DNA from: Octopus vulgaris
Taxonomy: Eukaryota
Reading direction: 5' to 3'
NCBI GenBank assembly: GCA_951406725.2
Contig: OX597814.1
Location: 199,330,001-199,394,000 of the forward strand
DNA length: 64,000 bases
The position numbers were made by a program, and so were the translations under genes. Below the pieces are notes generated by a model. That model was not told the DNA's origin. It made no database searches and saw nothing but the letters and a program-made list of their open reading frames with translations. Below, piece by piece: positions 22,037-34,334 of this stretch; position 1 is the stretch's first letter; each line of letters starts with the position of its first letter.

Positions 22037-22271
22037 AAGGCGGCGAGCTGACAGAAACGTTAGCACGCCGGGCGAAATGCTAGCCGTATTTCGTCTGCCA
22101 TTACGTTCTGAGTTCAAATTCTGCCGAGGTCGACTTTGTCTTTCATCCTTTCTGGGTCGATAAATAAAGTACCAGTTTCGCACTGGGGTCTATGTAATCG
22201 ACTTAATCCCTTTGTCTGTCCTTGTTTGTCCCCTCTATGTTTAGCCCCTTGTGGGTAGTAAAGAAATATAC
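22037..22271 (+). mobile_element. SINE B monomer
   Basis: TSD ATACCAGTACTT at 22025-22036 and 22272-22283. Confidence 0.92.
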
Positions 22272-22318
22272 ATACCAGTACTTCACAACCTTTTTTATCT
22301 TGTGGTACACGTATATTC

Positions 22319-22553
22319 AAGGCGGCGAGCTTGCAGAAACGTTAGCATGCCGGGCGAAATGTGTAGCCGTATTTCGTCTGCCGCTACGTCCTGAGTTCAA
22401 ATTCTGCCGAGGTCGACTTTGCCTTTCATCCTTTCGGGGTCGATTAAATAAGTACCATTTACGCACTGGGGTCGATATAATCGACTTAATCCGTTTGTCT
22501 GTCCTTGTTTGTTCCCTCTATGTTTAGCCCCTTGTGGGTAGTAAAGAAATAGA
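22319..22553 (+). mobile_element. SINE B monomer
   Basis: TSD TACACGTATATTC at 22306-22318 and 22554-22566. Confidence 0.92.
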
Positions 22554-22854
22554 TACACGTATATTCTTCTCCAAAGTTCGGCGCCACACCTTTATAAAAA
22601 AACATAACTGGCAGTATAGTAAAAAAAAAAAATGATTTTCAGATTACACTGCGGTACACCTTGCATCGCCTCATGGCACACCAGCGTGCCACGACATACT
22701 GGTTGCGGAGCACTGCTGTATTCTATTACCACCTGTTTTATTTAATTCTCTAAACTCAAACACCGTTATCTCACATAGCTTAGTTTCCTGTACTCTTTTT
22801 AGATTTATAGCGAATGTATGTATGTATGTGTGTATGTATGTAAGTGTGTATCTT

Positions 22855-23068
22855 TGACTTGTTTCAGTCATTGACTGCGGCCATGCTGGGGCACCGCCTT
22901 CAGTCGAGCAAATCGATCCCAGGATTTATTCTTTGTAAGCCTAGCACTTATTCTATCGGTCACTTTTTGCCGAACTGCTAAGTTACGGGGACATAAACAT
23001 ACCAGCATCGGTTGTCAAACGATGTTGGGGGGACAAACACAGATACACAAACATATACACACACATAA

Positions 23069-23127
<59 letters not shown>

Positions 23128-23660
23128 CATACATACAATGGGCCTCTTTCAGTTTCCGTCTACCAAATCCAGTCACAAGGCTTTGGTTGCCCGAGGCTAT
23201 AGTAGAAGGCACTTGCCCAAGGTGCCACCCAGTGGCACTGAACCCGGAGCCATGTGGTTGGTAAGCAAGCTACTTACCACACAGTCACTCCAACGCCTAT
23301 ATCTTTTATTTGTTTCAGTCATTTGACTGCGGCCATGCTGAGGCACCGCCTTTCTAGTCGAACAAATCGATCCCAGGGCTTACTTTTTTAAAGCCTGGTA
23401 CTTATTCTATTGGTCTCTTTGGCCCAACCGCTAAGTTACGAGGATATAAACACACCAACACCGGTTTTCAAGCAGTGGTGGTAACTGACACAAAGACATG
23501 CAGACACTCACATACGACAGGCTTCTTTCGGTTTCCAATTGCTTTGGTCGGCCCGAGGCTATAGTAGAAGGCATTTACCCAAGGTTCTACCCAGTGGGCT
23601 GAACCCGGGGCCATGTGGTTGGGAAGCAAGCTTCTTACCACACAGCCACACCTGCGTCTA
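22855..23660 (-). mobile_element. Two tandem SINE A copies (22855-23298; 23305-23660)
   Basis: Reverse complement of the family A consensus, present twice. Confidence 0.9.
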
Positions 23661-24179
23661 TACGTATATATGAATGAACTTTGTAAAAGTGCCAAGAGAT
23701 CTCTTTTCAACAGAGGAAAATTTAAAACAGAAACCTTCAGACCATCGCTGTCCCAGATACATTTTATTTACAAAGTGTTTAAATACTCTCACTGCCTCCC
23801 TTAATACAATAGATTGACATTTAAGCAATATTGAAGAGATTTCAGCTTATCATCTCCATTTCCTGACTTTTCGCATTCTTTCTCATATCTCTTAAATCTT
23901 TACCCCCTCCTCTCTCTCTCTCTCTCTCTTTTTCTCTGTCTTCAACAGAGAAATATTCTGATGTATACAAAATGTGAATAGTCAGAAGACAAACGCTGCT
24001 GGCTTCTGTCTGAATCATAAATTTTAGTGGCAGGAGTGTAATTATTTAATTTGAAATAAAACCAGTAACTGCTGTCTTACAATATGATTTTAAACTTTAG
24101 CGCATCATAAAGGTTAAGCGTTTGTGAACACTAAGTGGTGATCTGAGAAGAGTCGCGTGTAGGAGGGATATCACTGATT

Positions 24180-24465
24180 GGATCTTTAACCTTTGACCTA
24201 CAGATTTTAAAAAAATAATTGTTTGTAACTAAACACTTTCAAACTTTGGACACTGGTAGAATGTGTCATATAAAATATGTTTTACTCTTAGAGTTTTTGA
24301 GAAAAACTTTAATTTACGAAGTACTTCACGTCAAAGTAGTCCTATTTCGGTAATTTCAACCAAACAATGACGTGTATTCAGCTGAATAAAATTACTGCCG
24401 TTGTTTGTTAACAACTATCGACGTGTATTTTTCGTTTGTTATATTATTCAAATGATATCGGTATT
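24180..24465. mobile_element. One arm of the long-TIR (Merlin-like) MITE family, truncated at a LINE fragment
   Basis: GGATCTTTAACCTTTGACC...AACTAAACACTTTCAAACTT matches the 29492-29843 termini. Confidence 0.75.
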
Positions 24466-24469
24466 ATGT

Positions 24470-24890
24470 TTACAATTCACCCAAGACTAGGCCCCCGTGC
24501 AATGCGTCCCCTAAAAAAGGTCGGGATTACATGAGAACATTGTGATATAATTTCTTCACTGCAAATGCTGCTGCTCTTTTCGGTGTTATCCCGAAAAAAA
24601 TTAAAGTAAAATGACCCCTCAACATTCAAACGGTACCTGGACAAATTCGACTAGGAAATACCTGATAAACCACCTACACTTGAATACATCTCAGCCAACA
24701 ACAGTTCTCTCCTTGGGTGGTCTCGAAATAATTAATCAATCAGGTGATGCTATTGAGTTAGTCATGGCCTGGGCCGTTCATGGCCGAAACCAATCTAAGT
24801 TATATATATTCATTTTCATGACGGTAGATTACTATAGTTAGTCATGGCCTGGGCCGATAATGGTCGAAAGCAATGTAAGTTATATAAGTT
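24470..24890 (+). mobile_element. 3' fragment of the same LINE family as 3378-4930, with a duplicated terminal motif
   Basis: ACAATTCACCCAAGACTAGGCCCCCGTGCAATGCGTCCCCTA is shared with the 3.7-kb region; tail TTAGTCATGGCCTGGGCCG..ATGGYCGAAA.CAAT occurs twice. Confidence 0.85.
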
Positions 24891-24944
24891 ATATATATAT
24901 ATACTGTGTGTGTGTTTGTGTATGTATCCATCCATCCCTATTTC

Positions 24945-25120
24945 AGACACGACTTTTTCCTCCATTTTTTTCTCTCTCTTCATTCTTTTCTGTAGAAGAG
25001 CGTAAGCTTGAAACGTCAAAGTCTTCTCCCCTTTTTCTTGAGCGTCAAACTAATACTCTCTGTTTGTTCTCTTCACTTGCCTCAGCATTTTTTGTATACT
25101 GTTTTGAAATTTTCGAACTA
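24945..25120 (+). mobile_element. Degenerate Penelope-like hammerhead-bearing fragment
   Basis: TTCTGTAGAAGAGCGTAAGCTTGAAACGTC followed by CTTGAGCGTCAAACTAATAC; a similar fragment lies at ~39920-40050. Confidence 0.45.
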
Positions 25121-25605
25121 CATACACACACATACGTACCCATACACTAATATAATGTGCGTACACATATGTACCTTTATAGGCAAATGGTAGAAATGTA
25201 TAAGTTGGTTGGGGTTGATTTCACGAGTGGGTAAATTTGAACCGAGTGTATATATGTCAATGTGCATGAGGATGATCACTTGTCGGTAGATGAAACAGCG
25301 ATGTATGACTAACCGAGAATTCAGGTGTTTATACATAGACATGTACAGTTTCTTGACGTGAAGTACACGCGCGTTATTAATCATTCATTCATTAATTACC
25401 TTCCATTGATAATTAATTTGTACCCTCTAGTATGCATTATCCACTTGTGTATTGCAGAAAACTGCACAGCATATGCATAATTACGTATACGTATAGGTAT
25501 ATCTGCTATGGGTGTGTGAAAGCGTGCTTCGTGCATATGCTAACTAATATCATGCCAGGTAGTATAATTATATTTCTACTGCAGTCTGTATTCCCAATAC
25601 TTATT

Positions 25606-25656
<51 letters not shown>

Positions 25657-26049
25657 ATATATATTCTTTTTTATGAAGCACAATCAATATTTATATGAAT
25701 GGTTTCTCCATTTAGAACACGATGTATGGACCAGCAGTATCTTGCCATTTAATTCTTTTATTGTAATATCAAAATTTAAATATTCTTGAAAAGAATGCAG
25801 ATAATGCAAATAGAGATGGGATTTTGATATCCAGATAAAATCGAATTTTTAACATATACACACTCTAGGTTTTTTTTTCCTTCTTTCTACTGTCCCCTCA
25901 GAATTTGAATAGACTCAATTAATAATTTCTGCTGGTTTGCAAATGATGATTATAAAAGCACGTTTCATTTCGACATGTGTTTGAGAGTTAAAGTACTTTA
26001 CTTTAAAATGGCAACTTTCAATGCAGAAGTGTTAAATAAATTCTACATT

Positions 26050-26337
26050 CTTTTTCAAAAGAAATCACATATCGAACAACAGTAGCTCCTCCTGTATGTT
26101 TAGAGCTTCCTGCGCTTCTTCGCCCGTACAAATATCGTAAAGGGTACGGTTGAAGTCGGAGGCGAAAGTCGGAAGGGGTGAGATTTGGGCTCTATGGAGG
26201 GTGTTCTAGCAACCCAAAACCTGATTTCTTAATGTTTTCAGTGGTATAGGCAGTCGTATGTTAGGGTGCATTGTAGTGCAACAATAACGCCTGCTTTAAC
26301 AATAAACCTCGGCCTTTCGTGCGAATTGCTGGTCTCA

Positions 26338-26369
<32 letters not shown>

Positions 26370-27270
26370 CAGCTCAGAGCTGCGGCCATGCTGATGCACC
26401 GCCGTTTAAAATAGCCCAGGTCACTGCTTGGAATAAAACTTGGTATCTTGCGGTTAGTAGCCCGCGCTCTTAACCACTACGACATATGCCAGTGTTTCTT
26501 ATAGCCTCCTCTGGTGGTTGTAGACTCCTTTTCCAGATAATGTTTCAGTATAGGCCCTTTTTGCGACCCCCAAAACGATTAGTATTTTTCCGTGGAAAGT
26601 TGTGTCTCAGATTTCTTTTTTGCTGGCAATTCCGGGTATTTCCCTTCCATATTCTGCCTTTTGGACTCGATCTCAAAGTAATGGACTAAAGTCTCATCCC
26701 CTGTGACTATTCTCTCTAAACCCTCTGCGTCTTCATCATTGTGGCGGTTGACAAATCTCCAAACGATTGGCTAATGTGTTTTGGTAAGCTCTCTCGTCAC
26801 CCATCTCGCACATACTTTATGGAAGCGCAACTTATCGTGGATGATTTCGTATGCAGAACCATGACTAAATTGCACATCTATGGTCTCTTGTCGGTTCACC
26901 CGAACCATCTCTCTTGCTTGTTGTATCTTCATATCAGTGGTGAAAGCTGATGGGTAACCTGCTCCCTGTTTGTGCTTTACGCTTGATTTCTCCAGCCATT
27001 TTAAAACTTCTCGATCCACCCATACACCCTTCTACATAGTAGAGCGCTGTCCCCATATTGTACTGAAATCTTGCGATGAATATTTGCCCCTGACACATCA
27101 TCAGACAAGAGAAATCGGATCACTGACCTCTATTCTTCCTTGATGCACACAGCAAGTGCAGAGGCTTTATTCGGTTACGTAACCACTAGAGAAACACCAT
27201 TTACGAGCGCTGAAAGCAGTGTGACCAACCTAAAGAAACTTTTGGTGAAAGTGCAGATAATTTATCACTT
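26050..27270 (-). mobile_element. Decayed near-full-length mariner transposase pseudogene, interrupted by a short SINE
   Basis: CIKEE*RSVIRFLLSDDVSGANIHRKISVQYGDS; FHKVCARWVTREL (WVPREL motif); RPAIRTKGRGLLLKQALLLHYNA; LEHPP*SPNLTPSDF (YSPDL motif). Confidence 0.9.
26338..26490 (-). mobile_element. Short tRNA-derived SINE with an A-type tail and poly(A), nested in the mariner
   Basis: Minus strand GGCATATGTCGTAGTGGTTAAGAGCGCGGGCTACTAACC...GGCGGTGCATCAGCATGGCCGCAGCTCTGAGCTGAAAGTA(n). Confidence 0.75.
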
Positions 27271-29491
27271 CTCTTTGTATGTATTCACTACCTGCTTATC
27301 GAGTTTTATTGCAAAGAAACACTTACTGCAATTTCATCAGCAAAATATGTTGATTGAAATATGGTGAAATATACTTTTAGAGTGGTTCTCCAATGTGTGT
27401 TGAGTGTGTGTGCATTTTGTGTGTGTGTGTGTGTGTGTGTGCATGCGTGTGTATATGTATGTATGTGTGTATTGTATCTATGTATGTTACTGTTCAGTTT
27501 ATTTCTTGCCAATAGAGAAAGAACTGGTTTCTAACCTAGATCCAAGGTTCCTTCATTGGAATTTCAACATCAACAACAGAGTTTTTTTTATATGTATGTA
27601 GGCATATATGTATGTGTGTGTATGCATGTATGTATATGAAGATTTGTATGTTTTATGTATGTATGTATTCTCATGCATATAGTTACATATCTAGACATGC
27701 TCATATATATTTAAATGATAGACTTTTGGAATGTTTTACATATTTTTACAGTTCCAGTGATGGATTGGATCTGTAACCTTCGAATTAGTTTTCTCCTTTT
27801 CTGATTTTGAGAAACCTAATTTCTCAAGATTGGTATTTAGGTATTTTTTTTACATATCCCAGTGTGTGTGTGTATGTATGTATGTATGTAGGTATATATG
27901 TGATGTATTTAGGCAGTGGTGCTCGTGCTTAAATAGAAGTGGATCTGTATACGTACAGATGTAATTTATGCAGTGAACGCTTGGACATACTTGGGAGTTT
28001 TCAGTGGTTGAGTACGTTCAGAGCATGCATACATGAATAACGTAACGATCCAGCTGACAAATGCTTTCAACCGAAGACCAGTTGGAAAGTGAAGAAATTA
28101 TGTTCTCGATGTAGGATTATCTTGTTTGTTCTGTTGGTAACAACATGAGTAGAATGATCTGTAACATTCTTACACAGCATGGATGCCGAAAGGGATGTGA
28201 TTCTCTAAGTCTGTCGTTTGTAAGAGCTACTGGTTGCATGAAAGTTCCCACTCTGAATACGATAAAGCGAGAAACTGGAAGAACTCTTTACTATATATTA
28301 AGAGTGAGCTGTTTGTGCATGTCTCTGTAACTAGCGTTTACATATGCCTGATTACATAGCAGTGTATTAATCACCGTCTCCTTCTGGAGTATCTCCTCTT
28401 TCCAGCTCTGTTATCGAAGGAACAATCTGTAAGAATTTGAAATGAACATAAATCTCATCGGTTATGAGTATCAGCTTTTCATGGACGGTCTAAAACAATA
28501 TGGATTCTGCAACTGTTCTACAGAGTAACTAATAAAACTATTGGCTGCCGTATATGTTATCATTGGTGAGTTTCGAAGTTTCGTCCGATTCAGACTTAAG
28601 TAGACTATAAATTATATAATTTTCATTACAGAAGCTAGTTTTTCAGTGACAATATATTCCATGAGTACATAAACTGCAATGCAGCACTGTATCATAAATT
28701 AGAGGAAATGAATATAGATTAAATTATTGATTTCTGTTATTGCAAGTTAATTTCAATAGTTTTCTCTATAGACATTATAATATCTGAATGGGAAATACTC
28801 TGTTGTATAATCCTCTACAGTTATTGGGCCATTGGATGGTTCCATCATTAAATAGTATTTTCTCTGGTGGAAAGTTTTCAATAAGTTGAATTTTCATTAA
28901 TATTTATTATTCATCGCTTATTATGTACGTATTGGTAATTCACGTTGGAAAGCAAATTGCCTCTTGTAGTAATGATTACATATACGCAAGTGTTTGCTTA
29001 CATTTATATAATGTTACACTATTTGACTGTCACTAACATTCAGTTCGCTTTCATATTGATATTCTTAAATTTCAATATTGATTAGAATCATTTTTTATCT
29101 TTATAAACAACATTAAAACTGAAATACAAATTTAACTAAAATATCTTTTGTCCTAAATTCAAGAATCCTCTATGTGTAGATGATCGATCTCAAACAAACT
29201 TAGGAGTGTATGCCACAATCAGATTCTGGAGAAACCCTAAGTATTCTTATCACGTGCATCGTTTTGTTACATATTATAATATGTTTTGTAAAAGAACAGA
29301 TAATTTCTTGTTTGTTCAAACTATTTTTAATATCCTTGCATTCTATAGGACAGTAATTTGTGAGGTGACATTGTGTGAATTGCTATTTTTATCGTTGAAT
29401 ATATATATATATTTTTTTAAAAATATACATTTTCAAGTCTAGCTATCGCAATAAGTTATGGCAAACTGAGTAGATAACAGTTTAATTCATT

Positions 29492-29843
29492 GGATCGTTA
29501 CCTTTTGACCGACAGATTTAAGCAATAATTTTTTGTAACTAAACACTTTCAAACTTTACATACTGGTAGAATGTGTCACATAAAACATCTTTTACACAGC
29601 CGGAAGTGGTTGTTGGCAAACAACAGCAATAATTTTATTCAGCTGAATACACGTCATTGATTGGTTGAAATTACCGAAATACGACAAATTTAACAAAAAA
29701 TAACTTCCAAAATAAAGAATTTTCTCAACAACGCCAAGAGTAAAAGATGTTTTATATGACACATTCTACCAGTGTCCGAAGTTTGAAAGTGTTTAGTTAG
29801 AAAAAATTATTTTTTAAATCTGTCGGTCAAAAGGTAAAGATCC
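29492..29843. mobile_element. Foldback MITE with ~100-bp TIRs, Merlin-like
   Basis: GGATC..GATCC termini; flanks AATTCATT / AATCCATT (8-bp TSD with 1 mismatch). Confidence 0.8.
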
Positions 29844-30726
29844 AATCCATTTTCTATGAATTTTTATATCACCGTTCTTATCTCAATAGAACAACATGTC
29901 TTTTTGTCTCATAATAGCGTTATTATAATTTCGTTAAAGCAAACTTATCTAAAAAAAATTATATCAAAAACTACCTTAAACTCCCGTAGCGGACAACTTA
30001 CCGTTCTTCTTTTCTTTGTCTTTCGCTGATCTATCATCAGTTCTCTCTAGGTTTTCAAACAGCACGGCGTAGAGCTTTAACATGATTCCTTCTTTTTTCC
30101 GAAATCTTTCCTTCACACATCTCTTGGAAGATCTAATCTCACTATTTCTTAGTCCCTCTGTAGCCTCACATGTTCTGTGCCCACGTTCTTTCTATCACTT
30201 TTATACTTCAAGATAAATATTTGAATGTGTTTCGTAATTATTTTTTCATTTGCTGGATTTTAACACAGCACTACGAGCTGACGTGACACGCACATAATAA
30301 ATGCAACACACGTTTCTTCCATCGGTAGGTTTTGCGTACTGACGGCCATATATAACGTAAATAAGGCACGAGGCCAAATATGCATGTTAAATATACAACC
30401 ACTAGTTAAATATTTGGACAACGGAAGCAGAATATCAAGAACCGTATACTTCAATTAGTATTTGGGAATCCCATCGATTCTGACAGCTGGTTCTATCGTG
30501 TATGCATTCATTCATGTTAGACATTGTAGAATCTATATATGTGTAGTATATGTACAAGTATACGTTGTGTATATATCTGTGGACGTGTGCATTTATTACG
30601 TAATTACACACACCAGCATCGGTTGCCAAGCGATGGTCGGAGGACAAACACACACACACACCTATATGTCTATATGTATATATATATATGTGTGTGTGTG
30701 TGTATATATATACATGCATATGTATG

Positions 30727-30759
<33 letters not shown>

Positions 30760-30825
30760 ATATATATACATATATATGTATGTATATATATATATATATA
30801 TGTATGTACATATATAAATCCTTAG

Positions 30826-31580
30826 ATTCTTTAAAATGTTTAAGCCCGAAGGCTGCGGTCATGCTGGGGCACCACCGTTGAATGAGCTACACTAGTATGT
30901 GAAACCACCTCTGATATGTGGAACTTGATCAACAAGAGAGTTCGATGCCAAGTATACGGCTTACACTTGGCTTAGATCTTCCAATGGATTTTGTACCTGA
31001 TTCCTTTGTCTTTTAAGGACCATATATGCCGTCTGTCTTGTTATTGACCTCTGGAGTGCTTCAGCTTTCATAAAGAGTTGCTTTGTGTGGAGGGACCACG
31101 GTGGGCAACAGTATTCAAGGTGAGGTCGGGCGAAAGTAGAATAGAGAAGGATGATGTTATAGGCATCTCTAGACCGGAAAGTTATCAGAATCCAGGAGCA
31201 CATCTTGCTGGCCAAGTAAACCTTACTGTTTACGTGGGAACTCCAGCTTAGATTGTTACCAAAAATTACTCCAAGATCTCTGATATTGTTGGATGTCACT
31301 AGGGAGTCGACCGAGGGTAGAGCATATGGTAATTTCAGAGTTTTCTCTTTCCCAAAGTGGATTAAATTAAACTTATTTTGATGTAGAAGCATACTGTGTT
31401 TTCCCGCCTATTGGACAATAGCAAACAGATCTGACTGAAGGCGGCATGTTCGGTTTCTCATGCCGTTTGTGGCTTTCAGGAGTTTGGAATCATCTGCAAA
31501 GATTTTCAATGTAGAAAGTTTGATGACATCTACTATGTCGTTGATCTAAGTAATGAAGTGGAGTGGGCCCAACACAGACC
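30826..31580 (-). mobile_element. CR1-group LINE 3' fragment with its 3' tail
   Basis: IRDLGVIFGNNLSWSSHV, FARPHLEYCCPPWS, IFADDS, C-terminal ASNSLVDQV, then GGTGCCCCAGCATGACCGCAG tail. Confidence 0.9.
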
Positions 31581-31741
31581 CTCCATCAGATCGATATTAC
31601 CTGCACAAGTGCAACGAGTGCCGCATGTCAGATGTCCAAATCAGCGCAGTGCAACGTGAAATGAAGTGCTTTGCTCAAAAACACAACACAACGCCCGGTC
31701 TGGGAATCGAACTCACAGTACTCACACACACACACATACAT

Positions 31742-32157
31742 ATTTCTTTATTGCCCACAAGGAGCTAAACATAGAGGGGACAGGCAAGGACAGACAAAGG
31801 GATTAAGTAGATTACATCGACCCCAGTGCGAAACTGGTACTTTATTTATCGACCCCAAAAGGATGAAAGGCAAAGTCGACCTCGGCGGAATTTGAACTCA
31901 GAACGTAACGTCAGACGAAATACCTATTTCTTTACTACCCACAAGGGACTAAACACAGAGACGACAAACAAGGAGAGACAAACGAATTAAGTCGATTATA
32001 TCGACCCCAGTGCGTAACTGGTAATTATTTAATTGACCCCAAAAGAATGAAAGGCAAAGTCGACCTTGCCGGAATTTGAACTCAGAACGTAACGTCAGAC
32101 GAAATACCGCTAAGCATTTCGCCCGGCGCGCTAACGTGTCTGCCAGCTCGCCGCCTT
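31742..32157 (-). mobile_element. SINE B, dimeric form
   Basis: Two bodies joined at the AAAGAAATA|GGTATTTCGTCT junction. Confidence 0.9.
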
Positions 32158-32159
32158 GT

Positions 32160-32190
<31 letters not shown>

Positions 32191-32877
32191 TATAAGATGT
32201 ATATATAAGATGTATTGTTGATTAATATTGATTTCCCTGAGAACTCGGCTTTCAGCTTTATTGACTTATTGAGCCAATGAAGTTGTAAACAACTGTTTTT
32301 TACCTTATAATCATAGATCTGACGTTTTTTCACTAATGAGGTGAGTAACATGTTAACTAAAGAAGTAAGCAACGGTTATTGGGCAGAGAGTTGGCTACCG
32401 TGCTTAGAAATGAGAGGGAAGGAGGAAAATTAAGGGTCATGCGTAGAATATAGAAGGAAACCAGAGGGGAAGTGAGGTGAGTCGGGGTAGAGAATGGGAA
32501 ATGAAAAAATGTGTTATAAAACATTGTTAGAGAGAGAGAAGACAAGTTATTTTGGTAATTAAGGAAGTGAGTAGTTAGAAGTTGAAAAGCCTTCCCAATA
32601 ATTGATGTGATTCTAGATAAGAATAGTGCATTAAGAAGGCATAAGCAATCTGGTTTATATGTCTATAGCTATACATATACGCAAGTACATCTACATACAC
32701 AAATACATGTACCTACACACACACACACACATATATTCAAACGCAGCACATACGTATGTGAACATATAATATTCATTGCAAACATATATATATATATACA
32801 CATACATAAACACACTTGCAAGTACATAAACATCTTTACGTTTAAGGTATCTATCAATCTATCTATCTCCATTTCTA

Positions 32878-32926
<49 letters not shown>

Positions 32927-32939
32927 TTTTTTCCCCTTT

Positions 32940-33078
32940 TACGATCCCTCTTGATCGAAAACCTACGCCACCCCTTTTTTTTTCTTTCTTTTTTTTTGTT
33001 TTTTTCATCCCCCAAAATAAAAGCTCTACCTTGCAACTTGTCCCATCTGTGTGCAGCCCTGTGTGGCCAATAAAGAAA
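32940..33078 (+). mobile_element. Retroposon 3' fragment with a SINE B-like tail
   Basis: ACGATCCC..TTGATCG..AAAAGCTCTAC..TGTCCCATCTGTGTGCAGCCCTGTGTGGCCAATAAAGAAA; matches 12800-13020. Confidence 0.55.
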
Positions 33079-33350
33079 CTTATCTATCTATCTGTTTTTC
33101 CGCTCGTGTGTGTGTGTGTATAGAAAAACACAAACGCATATAGGTTTATAAGAGTACGTCAACATACGTGTTCAAGTGCAAGAAACCTGAATATGCAGTT
33201 ATATATGTACATAGGTGTAGAAGTGAGCATGTTTGTGTACGATTTATTGCTCAAATAGAGGTAAATATCCTATAAACAATCAGGAGGTTAGACAGGTATC
33301 TAAATAAGTATTTAATTATATTCGAATACCTGAAATGTATGGGTTACAGG

Positions 33351-33570
33351 GGAAGGTGGATCAGTGGTTAGAGCGTCAGGCTTACAATCATGAGGTCTTG
33401 AGTTCGATTCCCGGACCGGACTGTGTGATGTTTTCTTGAGCAAGACACTTTATGTTACATTGCTCCAGTTCACTCAGCTGTAGTAATGAGTTGCCACGTC
33501 ACTGATGCCAAGCTGGATTGGTCCTTGCTTTTCCCTTGGTCAACGTCGTTGGCGTGGAGAGTGGAGGCTA
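33351..33570 (+). mobile_element. Diverged tRNA-SINE with a CORE-like segment and C3-type body
   Basis: AGTGGTTAGAGCG..GAGTTCGATTCCC..CTTGAGCAAGACACTT..CAGCTGTAG; GGCGTGGAGAG.GGAGGCT is shared with 7262-7933. Confidence 0.75.
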
Positions 33571-33661
33571 GAATAATAAGTATGTACTCCATAGAACGTA
33601 TTGGATAATTCTCCAGTTTAATGCTAAAATATTTTTTTTATTAATATTATAACAGGATATT

Positions 33662-33875
33662 AAGGCGGTGAGATGGCAGAATCGTTAGCACGCCGGACGA
33701 AATGGTGAGCGGAATTTCGCCCCCTCTTTTACTTTCTGAGCTCAAATTCCATCGAGGTCCTTTGCCTTTAATCCTTTCGATGTCGATAAACTAAGTATCA
33801 GTTGAACATTGGGGGTCGATGTAGTCGACAGGTCCCCTCCCCACAAATTTCAGGCATTGTGCCTATAGTAGATAT
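33662..33875 (+). mobile_element. Diverged SINE B with the alternative (B2) tail
   Basis: GGCGGTGAGATGGCAGAATCGTTAGCACGCCGG...CCCCTCCCCACAAATTTCAGGCATTGTGCCTATAGTAGA. Confidence 0.75.
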
Positions 33876-33892
33876 GATTATAACAGGACATA

Positions 33893-34058
33893 GGCATAGG
33901 AGTGGCTGTGTGGTAAGGAGCTTGCTTACGAACCACATGGCTCCGGGTTCACTCCCACTGCGTGGCAACTTGGGCAAATGTCTTCTACTAAAGTCTCGGG
34001 TCGATCAAAGCCTTGTGAATGGATTTTGTTAGACGGAAACTGAAATAAGCCTGTAGTG

Positions 34059-34111
<53 letters not shown>

Positions 34112-34295
34112 GTGTGTGTGTGTGTGTGTATATGTATGTGTGTCTGTGTTTGTCCTCCCAACATCGCTTGACAGCAAAAGAGACCGGTAGAATAAGTACT
34201 AGGCTTACAAAGAATAAGTCCTGGGGTCGATTTGCTCGACTAAAAGTGGTGCTCCAGCATGGCCGCACTCAAGTGACTGAAACAATTAAAAGAGT
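33893..34295 (+). mobile_element. SINE A, near full length
   Basis: Family A head, (TA)n(TG)n centre and tail. Confidence 0.9.
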
Positions 34296-34334
34296 ATAGA
34301 AATTATCATTAATAGCGCAACCATTCAACCACTT

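Noticed and set aside
32317-32346. 24-nt microexon candidate (TAG|...GAG|GTGAGT)
   Set aside because: The phase-0 reading hits TGA at once and there is no independent support; such motifs are expected by chance in 64 kb
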